Shown one piece after another: positions 18,592 to 28,338 of a stretch of DNA of 64,000 bases. Origin of the DNA: an uncultured Thiomicrospira sp. (GTDB taxonomy: Bacteria > Pseudomonadota > Gammaproteobacteria > CAKMZV01); assembly GCA_965195345.1 (NCBI GenBank), contig OZ239628.1, forward strand, positions 135,298-199,297, written 5' to 3'. The position numbers and the translations under genes are program-made. The notes under the pieces were generated by a model. The model was given only the letters and a program-made list of their open reading frames with translations. It had not been told where the DNA came from and did no database searches. Numbering within the stretch: position 1 is the stretch's first letter; every line of letters begins with the position of its first letter.

Positions 18592-21500
18592 ATGGAATTA
18601 AAATCTGTTGTTGAATATACTGACCGCGGGCTAAAAATCGCGCAGCCTCTTGAAAATGAAAAACATTTAGTTTACGTTCGTCCAGGGGATAATATTGAGC
18701 TTGATTTCTCAGATCAAGATCTTGCGTTTTATCTTGTTGACGGCGACGTTATTGTCAATTCGCCCCAAGGCGGACAGCTCGTGTTTCTTCAACTTGGCAG
18801 TTTGGCTCTCAATCTTGATGATGCCCCTACCCTTATAGCAAGTGCGGGCGATAAAATTGACATTCTTTCTCGGGTTGAAGTTAGCCCTCTTATTGATCAA
18901 GAAAAAGATATAACAGACAAGTTTCTTGAGCTGCAAGCTGCAAGTGAAAAGCATGAGGTTGAGGAAGAGTCTTTAGCTCGTCAGAGAGAATTGCTCGAAG
19001 AAACATTGGAAAGTATTGAACAATACGTGTCTCAAGTGTCTGAATCAGCAGTTGCAGGTCCTAACGATACCGATCAGAGTGACGGAGAACAAAGAAGCGG
19101 TGACTTGTCAACAGTCGAATTTGTACAACAAACTGTTTCTCAAGAAGTTAGATCTTCTGAAGCCACATCGATTCCTGAGCCTCAACAAATAGACGTTGAC
19201 TCCCAATCTCAAACTCAATCAGGGGAGGGGGAGGTCGATCGAGTTGAACAACTTCCTCAATTACCTGTCCTTAATTTTTCTCTTAATAACGCCGAAGTTC
19301 TTCATGTTGCCCAACGGGTAACAGCAGTTCCTGGGAATCCAGCAACTACCACCATACTTGGTGGATCTGGAAGCTTACAAGGTGCAGTGAGTCCAAATCT
19401 TCCTGATAGGATTGCAAATGAAACATTAGGTGATACTGGTAGCTCATCAAATCAAACCATTCAAACCGAGAATAATTTATTTTTTAATGGATCAACAGCT
19501 GCTCAAGTCATCAGCTTAAATCCTTCTGCTCCTGACGGGTTTGATGTGCAGACCATCAGTATCAATGGATTCCCTGCAGGCTCTATCATATATGCGAACG
19601 ATGGAACATCCAGTACCCCTATACTGAATACTGCTTTGTCTCCTGGGGCAGACTTAACTTTTCAAAGAATAACCGCCGGTGATACTCCAAGCGACACGAG
19701 CATCTCGTTTTTAAGCAATACGGATATCTCATTTATCATTGTTTATCCACAAGCACAAGCAACTACTGTGCCCTTTTCTCTAACCGTAAATGCTACCGCC
19801 ACCTTTAACCCAAGCTCAGGCTTCGACGCTCCTAACGTCACAACATTAACAGCGCAGAATACCCTTAGCGGGATTGTACAGCAGCAAGTGGTTTCTGCAA
19901 CAGATTTAGCGACGGCAGATTTGGTTTTAAGCTCCGTTCCAACTACAAACGAAGTAACTACCGGTTCTGGGGATGATACGATATTTGGCGGGAGCGTGGT
20001 TGACATTATCAACGGTGGCGATGGCAATGATATATTCACAACTTTTGAAGGACAGGATACTGTTGATGGTGGGGGTGGCTCAGATACGTTGTACTACGGC
20101 ATAGATGGTAACTTTGGTTATTTACCTACTACAATTGGTGCTTTAAATGGAGTTGTCATTGATATGGCTAACCCTACTGCCAATGGGTCAGTTGCGGTAG
20201 CGGTTGGAACGGGGCCAGATATAGACGCTATTCGTAATGTTGAAAACATTGTTGCCTCTTTTGGCAATGACACAATACGTGGTGATGCTGCCGATAATAC
20301 ATTCAGAGGTCTGGCTGGAGATGACTCCCTTTCAGGAGGACTAGGAAACGATACTCTTGATGGCGGTGATGGAATTGATGTTGTCGACTTTAGAGATTCT
20401 GCAACAGCAATATCAGCTAATATCTCAATGACCTCTAATACTTCATTTTCAGCTGGAGCAATTAATGCAGCCTCATCAACTGGTCAAGGAACGGACTCTT
20501 TGATCGGAATTGAAAACATAATAGGCTCTTCACTCGCCGACATAATCATCGGTGATGCCGCCGCCAATACAATCAGCGGAAGCGGTGGAAACGATACTAT
20601 CTTGGCTGGTGGCGGTGTAGACATTATTGATGCGGACGGCGAATTGTTGCGCGATTTAAATAATAACGGCGATACTAACGATCCCCTTGAAACTGCCATT
20701 GCAGGAAATCAAGACACTATAGATTATAGCTGGCTTCCAGCAAATATGGGAGGAGTGGACGTTAACCTTTCCCAGCAAACAGGGAATAACGTTACTTATT
20801 TAGCAGATACTAATACTCCAGGTAGCGTTGATCAAAGTGGAGGAACTGTCTCTAATTTTGAAAATATCAGAGGTTCTCAAAACAATGACGTCCTCACAGG
20901 TGATGCTGGAGACAACGTCTTTTTTGCATCTTCAGGATTAGATGTCATTGCAGGGGGTGATGGCACAGATACATTAGATTTTTCCAATAATACGATAACA
21001 TCAAGTGATGATGTTTTTGGGGACTCTACAATAACTAGTAATATTGATCTGAACAACGGTTCCTATACCATCTCCGCCTCAGATGGAACAACCATCGCTG
21101 AAAGCACAAATGTATCAAATATAGAAAACGTAATCGGAACCGATGGCAACGACGTGATATCAACTTCAAGAAATTTGATAGGAAATAGCACTGTGATAAG
21201 TGGCGGGGGCAACGACACTATCAATGCCAGCGCAGGGAACAACTCTATTGATGGCGGCACAGGAATTGATACTGTAAACTATTTGGCTTTTACTGCAACC
21301 GACGCTATTAATGTGAACTTAAATACGAACATTGTAGATAAAGAAACTTCTGGCAGCGACACATTAACAAGCATAGAAAATGTGACGGGAACAACCAACA
21401 ACGACTCGTTCATTGGTAATGCCCAAGCTAATACCTTTGATGGACTTGGTGGAAATGACACCTTCAATTACAGCACTTCAAGCTCTTTAACAGAGAACAA

Positions 21501-24500
21501 TGATACTTTTATGGGAGGTGATGGAATAGATACTGTTGATTTTAGTAGCCTTGCAATTCCAACTGGGACGCGTCCATCAAATCAAGTCGTTACTGATACA
21601 ATTTTAGGGAATACGGTTACAACCACTTTATTAGACTTTAATCAAAATGGTATAGCAGTTAATCTTTCAAATCCCGATGCTTCAGGCAATTCATCAGTAA
21701 GCGTACTCTCTAATACACTTGCTTTGAATGGAATTGAGGAAATTATTGGCACTGGGAATGGGGATATTTTGATTGGCGATACCTCATCAAACACGTTAAT
21801 AGGAAATAACGGTAATGATTACCTCTTGGGGCTTTCTGGTTCAGATAGTCTTTCGGGGGGAGCGGGTAATGACACTTTATCTGGGGGAGCTGGAAACGAC
21901 ATATTAGATGGAGGAGTCGGACAAGATTGGTTGATCTACAACACATCCACTTCAGCGATAAATGTTAATCTGCAAACCAGCACCGTTAGCAGTGATGGCT
22001 TTGGTTCTATAGATACCATTACTGGATTTGAAAACGTCCTGGGCGGAGATTTTAATGATGATATAACAAGCGCGAGCGCAAGTACTATTGTAGGCGGGCT
22101 TGGAAATGATACCGTTCGAGTAGGCGTTGGAGCGACAGGGACATTCTCATTTTATGGAGATAACGTCGCAACCCTAACTGATCAAACCTTAATGCATCAA
22201 GTTGACAATACCGTCAATAATAATGACGTTGTTGATTTTTCCAATAGCTCTCAACCGCTATTTGTCGATTTAACAAGCCCTTTAAATCAATTTCTTCTCG
22301 GATCTAGAGTAGACGCTAATGGTGACGGTATATTTACTGACGCCGATATTACTTCTCCTACTGGATTTGCCTTTGGCTTCGAAAGCGTTACTGGAACCGC
22401 ATCTAATGACATTCTAATCGGTGATTTAAATAATAACATTCTTAATGGTGGGGATGGAGACGATACCATCAATGGTGGAGCAGGAAATGACACGCTTCGT
22501 GGTGGAAATGGCAATGATACTTTAGATCTTAGCGCTTCATCAGAAGCACAAAGAATTGATTTATCATCAACAGTAAATCAAACAACCGCATTCCTCACTC
22601 AGGATAGTTATCTCGGTTTTGAAAATGTCAATACGGGCGGTAATGTGGATTCAATTATTGGCAGTTCGAGCGATAATATTATTTTTTCCGGAGCCGGTAA
22701 CGATGATATCAGTGGCAGTTTAGGTCAAGATACAATTGATGGTGGAACCGGCGTTGATCAACTTAGTTACGCTTTGCTTAATACGGCAATTACTGCAAAT
22801 TTTGCAACTGCGCCAACAAATTTGCAGATTAACGGTTCAACCCAGACATTTAGCAATATCGAAAATTTAACAACTTCTCAAGGAAACGACACCTTGACGC
22901 TTGGGTCCAATTTAATGTTTGTTGATGGAAGTGCAGGAAATGACACCTTCAACTTACAGAATGCTCAAGGAACCGTTGGTGTGGTCTTAGCAGATGGAGG
23001 AACTGGCACAGATACGGCGTCCTTTGCTCAATCGATCGGTCAAGTGACAATCTCTGCAGGCGGGTCAACGAACGCATTAGGGATATCCGTTTCAGGATCC
23101 AGATATGATATTCAAGACTTTGAAACGCTCATCCTATCTAATCAAAATGATACTGTTCAAAGTATTGCTAACTTTGGATCCAGTCTTAATATTCAGTCGG
23201 GTCAGGGTAATGACACGATCACAGGTGGAAGCAATAATGACACTTTAGACAGTGGCTCTGGCAACGACATGATATTTGCAAGCCTTGGTTCGGATGCGAT
23301 TGAAGGTGGGATTGGTACCGATACGCTTTCGTATGCAAATTTGACAAGTACATCAACCGTTGCACTTACTGCAGGTGCGAGCCAAGTAACTGTAGCTGGC
23401 ACTAATGCATTTACCGACATGCTGACTAATGTTGAATCATTAGTCCTTGGTGGTGGGAGCGACAGTATCAATATAAGCGGTATTAATGGATTAGGGACAG
23501 TTGATGCTGGAGGTGGGCAAGACAGTGTTTCGTTCGCCAGTGCTGTGACAACGACAGACGGCGCTAACTTTTCGATCGCATCTTCAAACATAAATCTTGT
23601 AAATGTCGAAAATTTTAATGGCAGTGCCCAAGCAGATACCTTAGACTTTGGGAATATTTCCACAGGGATTACTGTTGTAGGGGGTGACGGAAATGACACT
23701 ATAACGGGCTCTTCTGCTCAAGATATTTTGGAAGGAGGCGCAGGCTCTGACATCATAAATGCTGGAGGAGGAGGAGGCACTATTTTTGGAGGCACTGCCG
23801 ATGGTGATACGATAACAGGGAGCGCAATGGGCGGAGTGGGTCTGCTCGATACTCTTAGTTATTCAACTCCTTCTTTTAGCAGTACAACGCCGACTACTTC
23901 TAATTTCACTGCTACTTTAGACGCAAATACAGGCACTATTTCTGATGGAATAGGTACGGACACCGTAAATCAAGCACAAGGTGCTATAGAAAATTTTGTT
24001 TTTGGAAGTGGTAATGACATCGTTAATGTTGATATTGATTTAATTAACGCTGCAGTAGACTCAGGGATAAACCAAATTGACACTGGATTGAACAGTGCAT
24101 TATCCCCTACAAATAATGGTGATGAAATTAGGCTTACTGGCGACTTGGTAGGAGGAGGAGCAACAAGCATTAATTCATCAGGTATTGGCGCCAATTTTAC
24201 AGCGACAATGTTTCAAAACATCGAAATACTTGACCTTACTGACGTAACAACGAACGGGAACAATAACCTCCAACTTGATGCCGAATTTCTGAGAAATTGG
24301 ACGCAAGATGCTGCAACTGGAACAGACGGGAATACTCGTGTATTAAACATATTCGTTGACGCAGATACTACTTTAAGCTTCGGTTCAAACGCTACGCCAC
24401 CCGCAGGCACAGGCTCAGATTTTTACTTCTATGAGGATGTTGGTGGGACTGCGAGCAACTCTCTAATTGGTGATCTGGTGAATCCAACGTTTCTCGGTAA

Positions 24501-24672
24501 TTTAGACGGCACCCTTACAGGCAACATCCCTACTGGAACAAACTCCCCTGCAGGAGCTCCTGCAAACACAACTTCTGGAACGGTTACCCTCACTGCAAAC
24601 GATCAATATTCTTTAACATATACTGAAAGTGGTCAGGACGGATTAGCAATAATCATTACAGCAATGGCGTAA
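18592..24672 (+). CDS. Giant RTX-type calcium-binding repeat protein (2026 aa), probable type I secretion substrate
   Basis: More than 50 GGxGxD-type nonapeptide units by eye between about 19963 and 24030 (for example GGAGNDTLSGGAGNDILDGGVGQD, NGGDGDDTINGGAGNDTLRGGNGNDTLD). They are organised in blocks preceded by [IF]EN[VI]xG motifs. The N-terminal about 455 aa is non-RTX. There is no signal peptide and no cysteine, and the C-terminus is acidic/hydrophobic, typical of T1SS cargo. Confidence 0.9.
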   Translation: MELKSVVEYTDRGLKIAQPLENEKHLVYVRPGDNIELDFSDQDLAFYLVDGDVIVNSPQGGQLVFLQLGSLALNLDDAPTLIASAGDKIDILSRVEVSPLIDQEKDITDKFLELQAASEKHEVEEESLARQRELLEETLESIEQYVSQVSESAVAGPNDTDQSDGEQRSGDLSTVEFVQQTVSQEVRSSEATSIPEPQQIDVDSQSQTQSGEGEVDRVEQLPQLPVLNFSLNNAEVLHVAQRVTAVPGNPATTTILGGSGSLQGAVSPNLPDRIANETLGDTGSSSNQTIQTENNLFFNGSTAAQVISLNPSAPDGFDVQTISINGFPAGSIIYANDGTSSTPILNTALSPGADLTFQRITAGDTPSDTSISFLSNTDISFIIVYPQAQATTVPFSLTVNATATFNPSSGFDAPNVTTLTAQNTLSGIVQQQVVSATDLATADLVLSSVPTTNEVTTGSGDDTIFGGSVVDIINGGDGNDIFTTFEGQDTVDGGGGSDTLYYGIDGNFGYLPTTIGALNGVVIDMANPTANGSVAVAVGTGPDIDAIRNVENIVASFGNDTIRGDAADNTFRGLAGDDSLSGGLGNDTLDGGDGIDVVDFRDSATAISANISMTSNTSFSAGAINAASSTGQGTDSLIGIENIIGSSLADIIIGDAAANTISGSGGNDTILAGGGVDIIDADGELLRDLNNNGDTNDPLETAIAGNQDTIDYSWLPANMGGVDVNLSQQTGNNVTYLADTNTPGSVDQSGGTVSNFENIRGSQNNDVLTGDAGDNVFFASSGLDVIAGGDGTDTLDFSNNTITSSDDVFGDSTITSNIDLNNGSYTISASDGTTIAESTNVSNIENVIGTDGNDVISTSRNLIGNSTVISGGGNDTINASAGNNSIDGGTGIDTVNYLAFTATDAINVNLNTNIVDKETSGSDTLTSIENVTGTTNNDSFIGNAQANTFDGLGGNDTFNYSTSSSLTENNDTFMGGDGIDTVDFSSLAIPTGTRPSNQVVTDTILGNTVTTTLLDFNQNGIAVNLSNPDASGNSSVSVLSNTLALNGIEEIIGTGNGDILIGDTSSNTLIGNNGNDYLLGLSGSDSLSGGAGNDTLSGGAGNDILDGGVGQDWLIYNTSTSAINVNLQTSTVSSDGFGSIDTITGFENVLGGDFNDDITSASASTIVGGLGNDTVRVGVGATGTFSFYGDNVATLTDQTLMHQVDNTVNNNDVVDFSNSSQPLFVDLTSPLNQFLLGSRVDANGDGIFTDADITSPTGFAFGFESVTGTASNDILIGDLNNNILNGGDGDDTINGGAGNDTLRGGNGNDTLDLSASSEAQRIDLSSTVNQTTAFLTQDSYLGFENVNTGGNVDSIIGSSSDNIIFSGAGNDDISGSLGQDTIDGGTGVDQLSYALLNTAITANFATAPTNLQINGSTQTFSNIENLTTSQGNDTLTLGSNLMFVDGSAGNDTFNLQNAQGTVGVVLADGGTGTDTASFAQSIGQVTISAGGSTNALGISVSGSRYDIQDFETLILSNQNDTVQSIANFGSSLNIQSGQGNDTITGGSNNDTLDSGSGNDMIFASLGSDAIEGGIGTDTLSYANLTSTSTVALTAGASQVTVAGTNAFTDMLTNVESLVLGGGSDSINISGINGLGTVDAGGGQDSVSFASAVTTTDGANFSIASSNINLVNVENFNGSAQADTLDFGNISTGITVVGGDGNDTITGSSAQDILEGGAGSDIINAGGGGGTIFGGTADGDTITGSAMGGVGLLDTLSYSTPSFSSTTPTTSNFTATLDANTGTISDGIGTDTVNQAQGAIENFVFGSGNDIVNVDIDLINAAVDSGINQIDTGLNSALSPTNNGDEIRLTGDLVGGGATSINSSGIGANFTATMFQNIEILDLTDVTTNGNNNLQLDAEFLRNWTQDAATGTDGNTRVLNIFVDADTTLSFGSNATPPAGTGSDFYFYEDVGGTASNSLIGDLVNPTFLGNLDGTLTGNIPTGTNSPAGAPANTTSGTVTLTANDQYSLTYTESGQDGLAIIITAMA

Positions 24673-24922
24673 ATACAACATTAGCAACCCCCACGTACGT
24701 TTAAACTAATTCGCATTTACCGACCTTAACCAATTTAAATCATCTCTTTTCTAAAGAATAAGATTGAGCTCGTGTATTCAAAAATTCAAAGGTTGGTAAA
24801 ATACCCTCTATTTCAATAGTTAGTCGAAGAAAAGTATTATTGCTCATGTCAAAATGGATTCGATGTTAACTGCTTTGAAATGAATAGACATTCTCAATAA
24901 TTATAGAAAACACATCAATAAT

Positions 24923-27547
24923 ATGCAAAACCCACGTAATTTAGCCAATAACACAAAAAATCAGCAATGGACAACGTCAAAAGTTCGGCAAAGTTTTCTT
25001 TCTTTTTTCGAGAAAAATGGTCACACAATTGTTGAAAGTGGTTCTCTTATCCCTGCTGGAGATAAAAGTTTATTGTTTACAAACGCTGGGATGGTACCAT
25101 TTAAAGATGTTTTTCTTGGATTAGAAGCACGAAACTATAACCGAGCCACTACCTCGCAGCGTTGCGTGCGAGCTGGAGGGAAACACAATGACTTAGATAA
25201 CGTAGGTTATACGGCGCGGCATCACACTTTCTTTGAAATGCTTGGGAATTTCAGTTTTGGGGACTACTTTAAAGAACAAGCAATTTTGTACTGCTGGGAG
25301 TTTCTGACCGAAGTTTTAAAACTGCCTCCTGAAAGATTATGGATTACTGTTTTTAAAGATGACTTAGAGACTGAACAAATATGGAAAAATAAAATTGGCA
25401 TTGACCCTACTCGTTTTTCTCGCTGCGATGAGAAAGATAATTTTTGGTCGATGGGCAACACTGGACCTTGTGGACCTTGTAGTGAAGTTTTCTATGATCA
25501 CGGACCTGAAGTTGCTGGAGGACCTCCCGGATCGCCCGAAGAAGACGGTGATCGATACGTTGAGGTTTGGAATCTTGTATTTATGCAGTACAACCGTTCT
25601 TCCAACGGTTCTCTTTCCCCGCTACCAAAACCATCCGTTGACACTGGCATGGGATTAGAGCGGATAACTGCTGTGCTCGAACATGTATACAGTAACTATG
25701 ATATTGATTTGTTTCGGCATTTAATCGATTCGGCTCATGAAATAGCACCTGATGCCGACCGCAATGATCCTTCTTTCAAGGTAATTGCCGATCACATTCG
25801 TTCGTGTGCGTTCCTAATCACTGACGGTGTTACACCTTCCAATGATGGGCGCGGATATGTGTTACGCAGAATTTTACGTCGCGCAATCCGACACGGGCAT
25901 AAGCTGGGCATCAAGAAAATATTTTTTCATCTCATGATTTCCCCTTTAGAACAAATAATGGGTAAGACTTATCCACAGTTAAGCCAACAGCAAGAAACAC
26001 TGGAAAGGGTTATCCGTTCAGAAGAAGAACGCTTTCGAGAATCTTTAGATAATGGGTTACGAATTTTTGAACAAGAGATTGCTTCGCTAAAGGCAAATAT
26101 TATTTCTGGTGAGATACTCTTTAAACTATACGACACTTACGGATTTCCTGTAGACCTGACTGCCGACATTGCTCGTGAGAGGAATTTAAAGGTGGACCTT
26201 AAAGGATTTGAACAATGCATGGAAAAGCAGCGTGATAGAGCCCGCTTGGATAACCAGTTTGTCGGCACTGACACCAATATAACCATTGAAGCAAAAAGCG
26301 ACTTCGTTGGCTACAGCTCCTTAGAGACTACCTCATCCATCGTACTATTGCTTCAGGACGATAAACACCTTACCCAACTTTGTAAAGGTGAAGAAAGTTT
26401 GATCCTATTAGAGCAGACTCCTTTCTATGCAGAGTCTGGAGGGCAAGTAGGCGATGCAGGCACTATTGAAACAGCAAACGGCATTTTTCAAGTGCTCGAC
26501 ACACGCAAAGTATCAAACAAACATCTATGCATAGGCAAAGTAGTAAAAGGCACAATCAATTTGGGAGATGCTTGCCATGCCCGCATCGATATGAAAAAAC
26601 GCGAAGATATTACGCGTAATCACTCAACAACGCATTTATTACACGCCGCTCTGCGCAACGTACTCGGCGACCACGTACAACAGAAAGGATCGTTAGTTAA
26701 TTCGAATCATCTCCGCTTTGATTTCTCTCACTTTAGCCCCTTAAGCAACGAAGAGTTAAAAAATATTGAATGGCAAGTTAATCAGCACATCCTAGCTAAT
26801 CATAACGTTCACACTGAAATAATGCCCTTAAGTGAAGCGCGGTTAAAAGGAGCCATGGCCTTGTTTGGAGAAAAATATGCTGAAGAAGTACGCGTTGTTA
26901 GCATTGATGGCTTTTCCATTGAGTTGTGTGGCGGAACCCATGTCCCAGCAACTGGCAACATTGGCTACGTGAAAATAATCATGGAAACGGGCGTTTCAGC
27001 GGGTGTTCGTCGCATCGAGGCACTTTCAGGCGAACATGCTTGGAAGTGGATAAGCAAACGCATTGAATCGCAAAATGAATTAGCAAATAAACTCAATACG
27101 TCTTCTGATAAGCTCAATGAATATATTATCAATCAAAGTGAAAAAATAAAGTATTTAGAAAAACACGTTGAAACGTTGACGAGCAAACTCAATGCTAATC
27201 AAAGCAAAGACATCATCCATGACATTAAACAGGTTAAAGGAGTCAATATCCTTGTCAAGCGTCTCGACAATCAAAGACCTGAAAATCTTCGAGACTTAAT
27301 GGATAAATTAAAAGTGTCAATTGGGTCTGGAATTATTCTCCTCGCTTCAGTAAACGGGGAAAAAATCACACTTGTAAGCGGCGTAACTGCTGATTTAATT
27401 GACAGATACCAAGCAAACGAATGGGTTGATTACGTTGCCTCTCAATTGGGTGGTAAAGGCGGGGGACAAGCGCACATGGCAATGGCAGGTGCTACAAACA
27501 TTCCTCTGTTGGATGAAGTTTTAGCAAAATCCAGTGATTGGCTGTAA
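24923..27547 (+). CDS. alaS: Alanine--tRNA ligase
   Basis: FTNAGMVPFKDVF, RCVRAGGKHNDLDNVGYTARHHTFFEMLGNFSFGDYFK, HSTTHLLHAAL and CGGTHV. Confidence 0.97.
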   Translation: MQNPRNLANNTKNQQWTTSKVRQSFLSFFEKNGHTIVESGSLIPAGDKSLLFTNAGMVPFKDVFLGLEARNYNRATTSQRCVRAGGKHNDLDNVGYTARHHTFFEMLGNFSFGDYFKEQAILYCWEFLTEVLKLPPERLWITVFKDDLETEQIWKNKIGIDPTRFSRCDEKDNFWSMGNTGPCGPCSEVFYDHGPEVAGGPPGSPEEDGDRYVEVWNLVFMQYNRSSNGSLSPLPKPSVDTGMGLERITAVLEHVYSNYDIDLFRHLIDSAHEIAPDADRNDPSFKVIADHIRSCAFLITDGVTPSNDGRGYVLRRILRRAIRHGHKLGIKKIFFHLMISPLEQIMGKTYPQLSQQQETLERVIRSEEERFRESLDNGLRIFEQEIASLKANIISGEILFKLYDTYGFPVDLTADIARERNLKVDLKGFEQCMEKQRDRARLDNQFVGTDTNITIEAKSDFVGYSSLETTSSIVLLLQDDKHLTQLCKGEESLILLEQTPFYAESGGQVGDAGTIETANGIFQVLDTRKVSNKHLCIGKVVKGTINLGDACHARIDMKKREDITRNHSTTHLLHAALRNVLGDHVQQKGSLVNSNHLRFDFSHFSPLSNEELKNIEWQVNQHILANHNVHTEIMPLSEARLKGAMALFGEKYAEEVRVVSIDGFSIELCGGTHVPATGNIGYVKIIMETGVSAGVRRIEALSGEHAWKWISKRIESQNELANKLNTSSDKLNEYIINQSEKIKYLEKHVETLTSKLNANQSKDIIHDIKQVKGVNILVKRLDNQRPENLRDLMDKLKVSIGSGIILLASVNGEKITLVSGVTADLIDRYQANEWVDYVASQLGGKGGGQAHMAMAGATNIPLLDEVLAKSSDWL

Positions 27548-27600
27548 GGTACCGCTCTTCCAAATAAAAAATACCTGTCTTTTGGGAATGGACAAAGAAA

Positions 27601-28338
27601 TTATTTTTGCGTATAAAAAGAAGCAAATAGACGGTTGTAGTACCAACAAAATGTATTTTTAAAATTTGCTTCTTCAAGACGACACAAATGTTGCTCACAA
27701 CTTTCAGTAACTAACACATCTTCCAAAGCCTTTCTTTTTCGACTAATCTCCAAGTCACTATAGCCTTGGTGCTGTTTAAATTTAGTATAGATTGACTCCA
27801 ATACACTTTGGGCTGAAGCCACTGGGTGGCGTGTTTTCTCAGAAAGGATAAAAACACCCCCTTTTTTCAACCCAGCATAGATTCTTTTGATTAAATCCAA
27901 CCGCTTGGCAATAGGCAGAAATTGTAATGTGAAATTCAACAGCACAACATCGGCATCCTTAATAACTACGCTCTCAATATCCTTTTCAACAAAATGCAAG
28001 TCATGGTCAACTTGTATAGATGCTAAATTTGCTTTGCAACGTTCAAGCATGGCGTGCGATGTATCAACCGCATAAAACCGATGCTTGCCCGGCAAATGCG
28101 ACAAAATCATCGTTGACAGTGTCCCCGTTGCACACCCCAGATCATATATTTTCAACCCTCGATCTTTTTCAGTCAACGGCATACACAAATCTATAGTACC
28201 AAGCGCAATATCCATATAACCTGGAATGGACCTCAGCACCATATCATCAAAAAAACGAGCAACGTTTTCATCAAATCGAAAACGCTCAGGAATGATTTCG
28301 TTAAATAATTCGTCTCTTTCCCTTAACTGTTTCTTCAC
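27601..28338 (-). CDS. cmoA: Carboxy-S-adenosyl-L-methionine synthase (tRNA cmo5U34 pathway)
   Basis: FDENVARFFDDMVLRSIPGYMDI, YDLGCATG, LNFTLQFLP and YSDLEISRKRKALEDVL match CmoA. Confidence 0.85.
   Translation of the reverse strand: MKKQLRERDELFNEIIPERFRFDENVARFFDDMVLRSIPGYMDIALGTIDLCMPLTEKDRGLKIYDLGCATGTLSTMILSHLPGKHRFYAVDTSHAMLERCKANLASIQVDHDLHFVEKDIESVVIKDADVVLLNFTLQFLPIAKRLDLIKRIYAGLKKGGVFILSEKTRHPVASAQSVLESIYTKFKQHQGYSDLEISRKRKALEDVLVTESCEQHLCRLEEANFKNTFCWYYNRLFASFYTQK

Noticed and set aside
18592-18900. LapG/LapD-type proteolytic retention of the RTX protein
   Set aside because: The N-terminal module has no (T/P)AAG di-alanine site; the closest match is IASAGD. No lapG- or lapD-like genes are in the window.
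18709-24410. Series of antisense ORFs inside the RTX gene (for example 19743-20039, 23202-23699, 23970-24194 on the minus strand)
   Set aside because: They lie entirely within the 6.1-kb RTX CDS. Their translations are low-complexity P/S/V-rich mirror images of the GGxGxD repeats. They are open only because the repeat codons lack reverse-strand stops.
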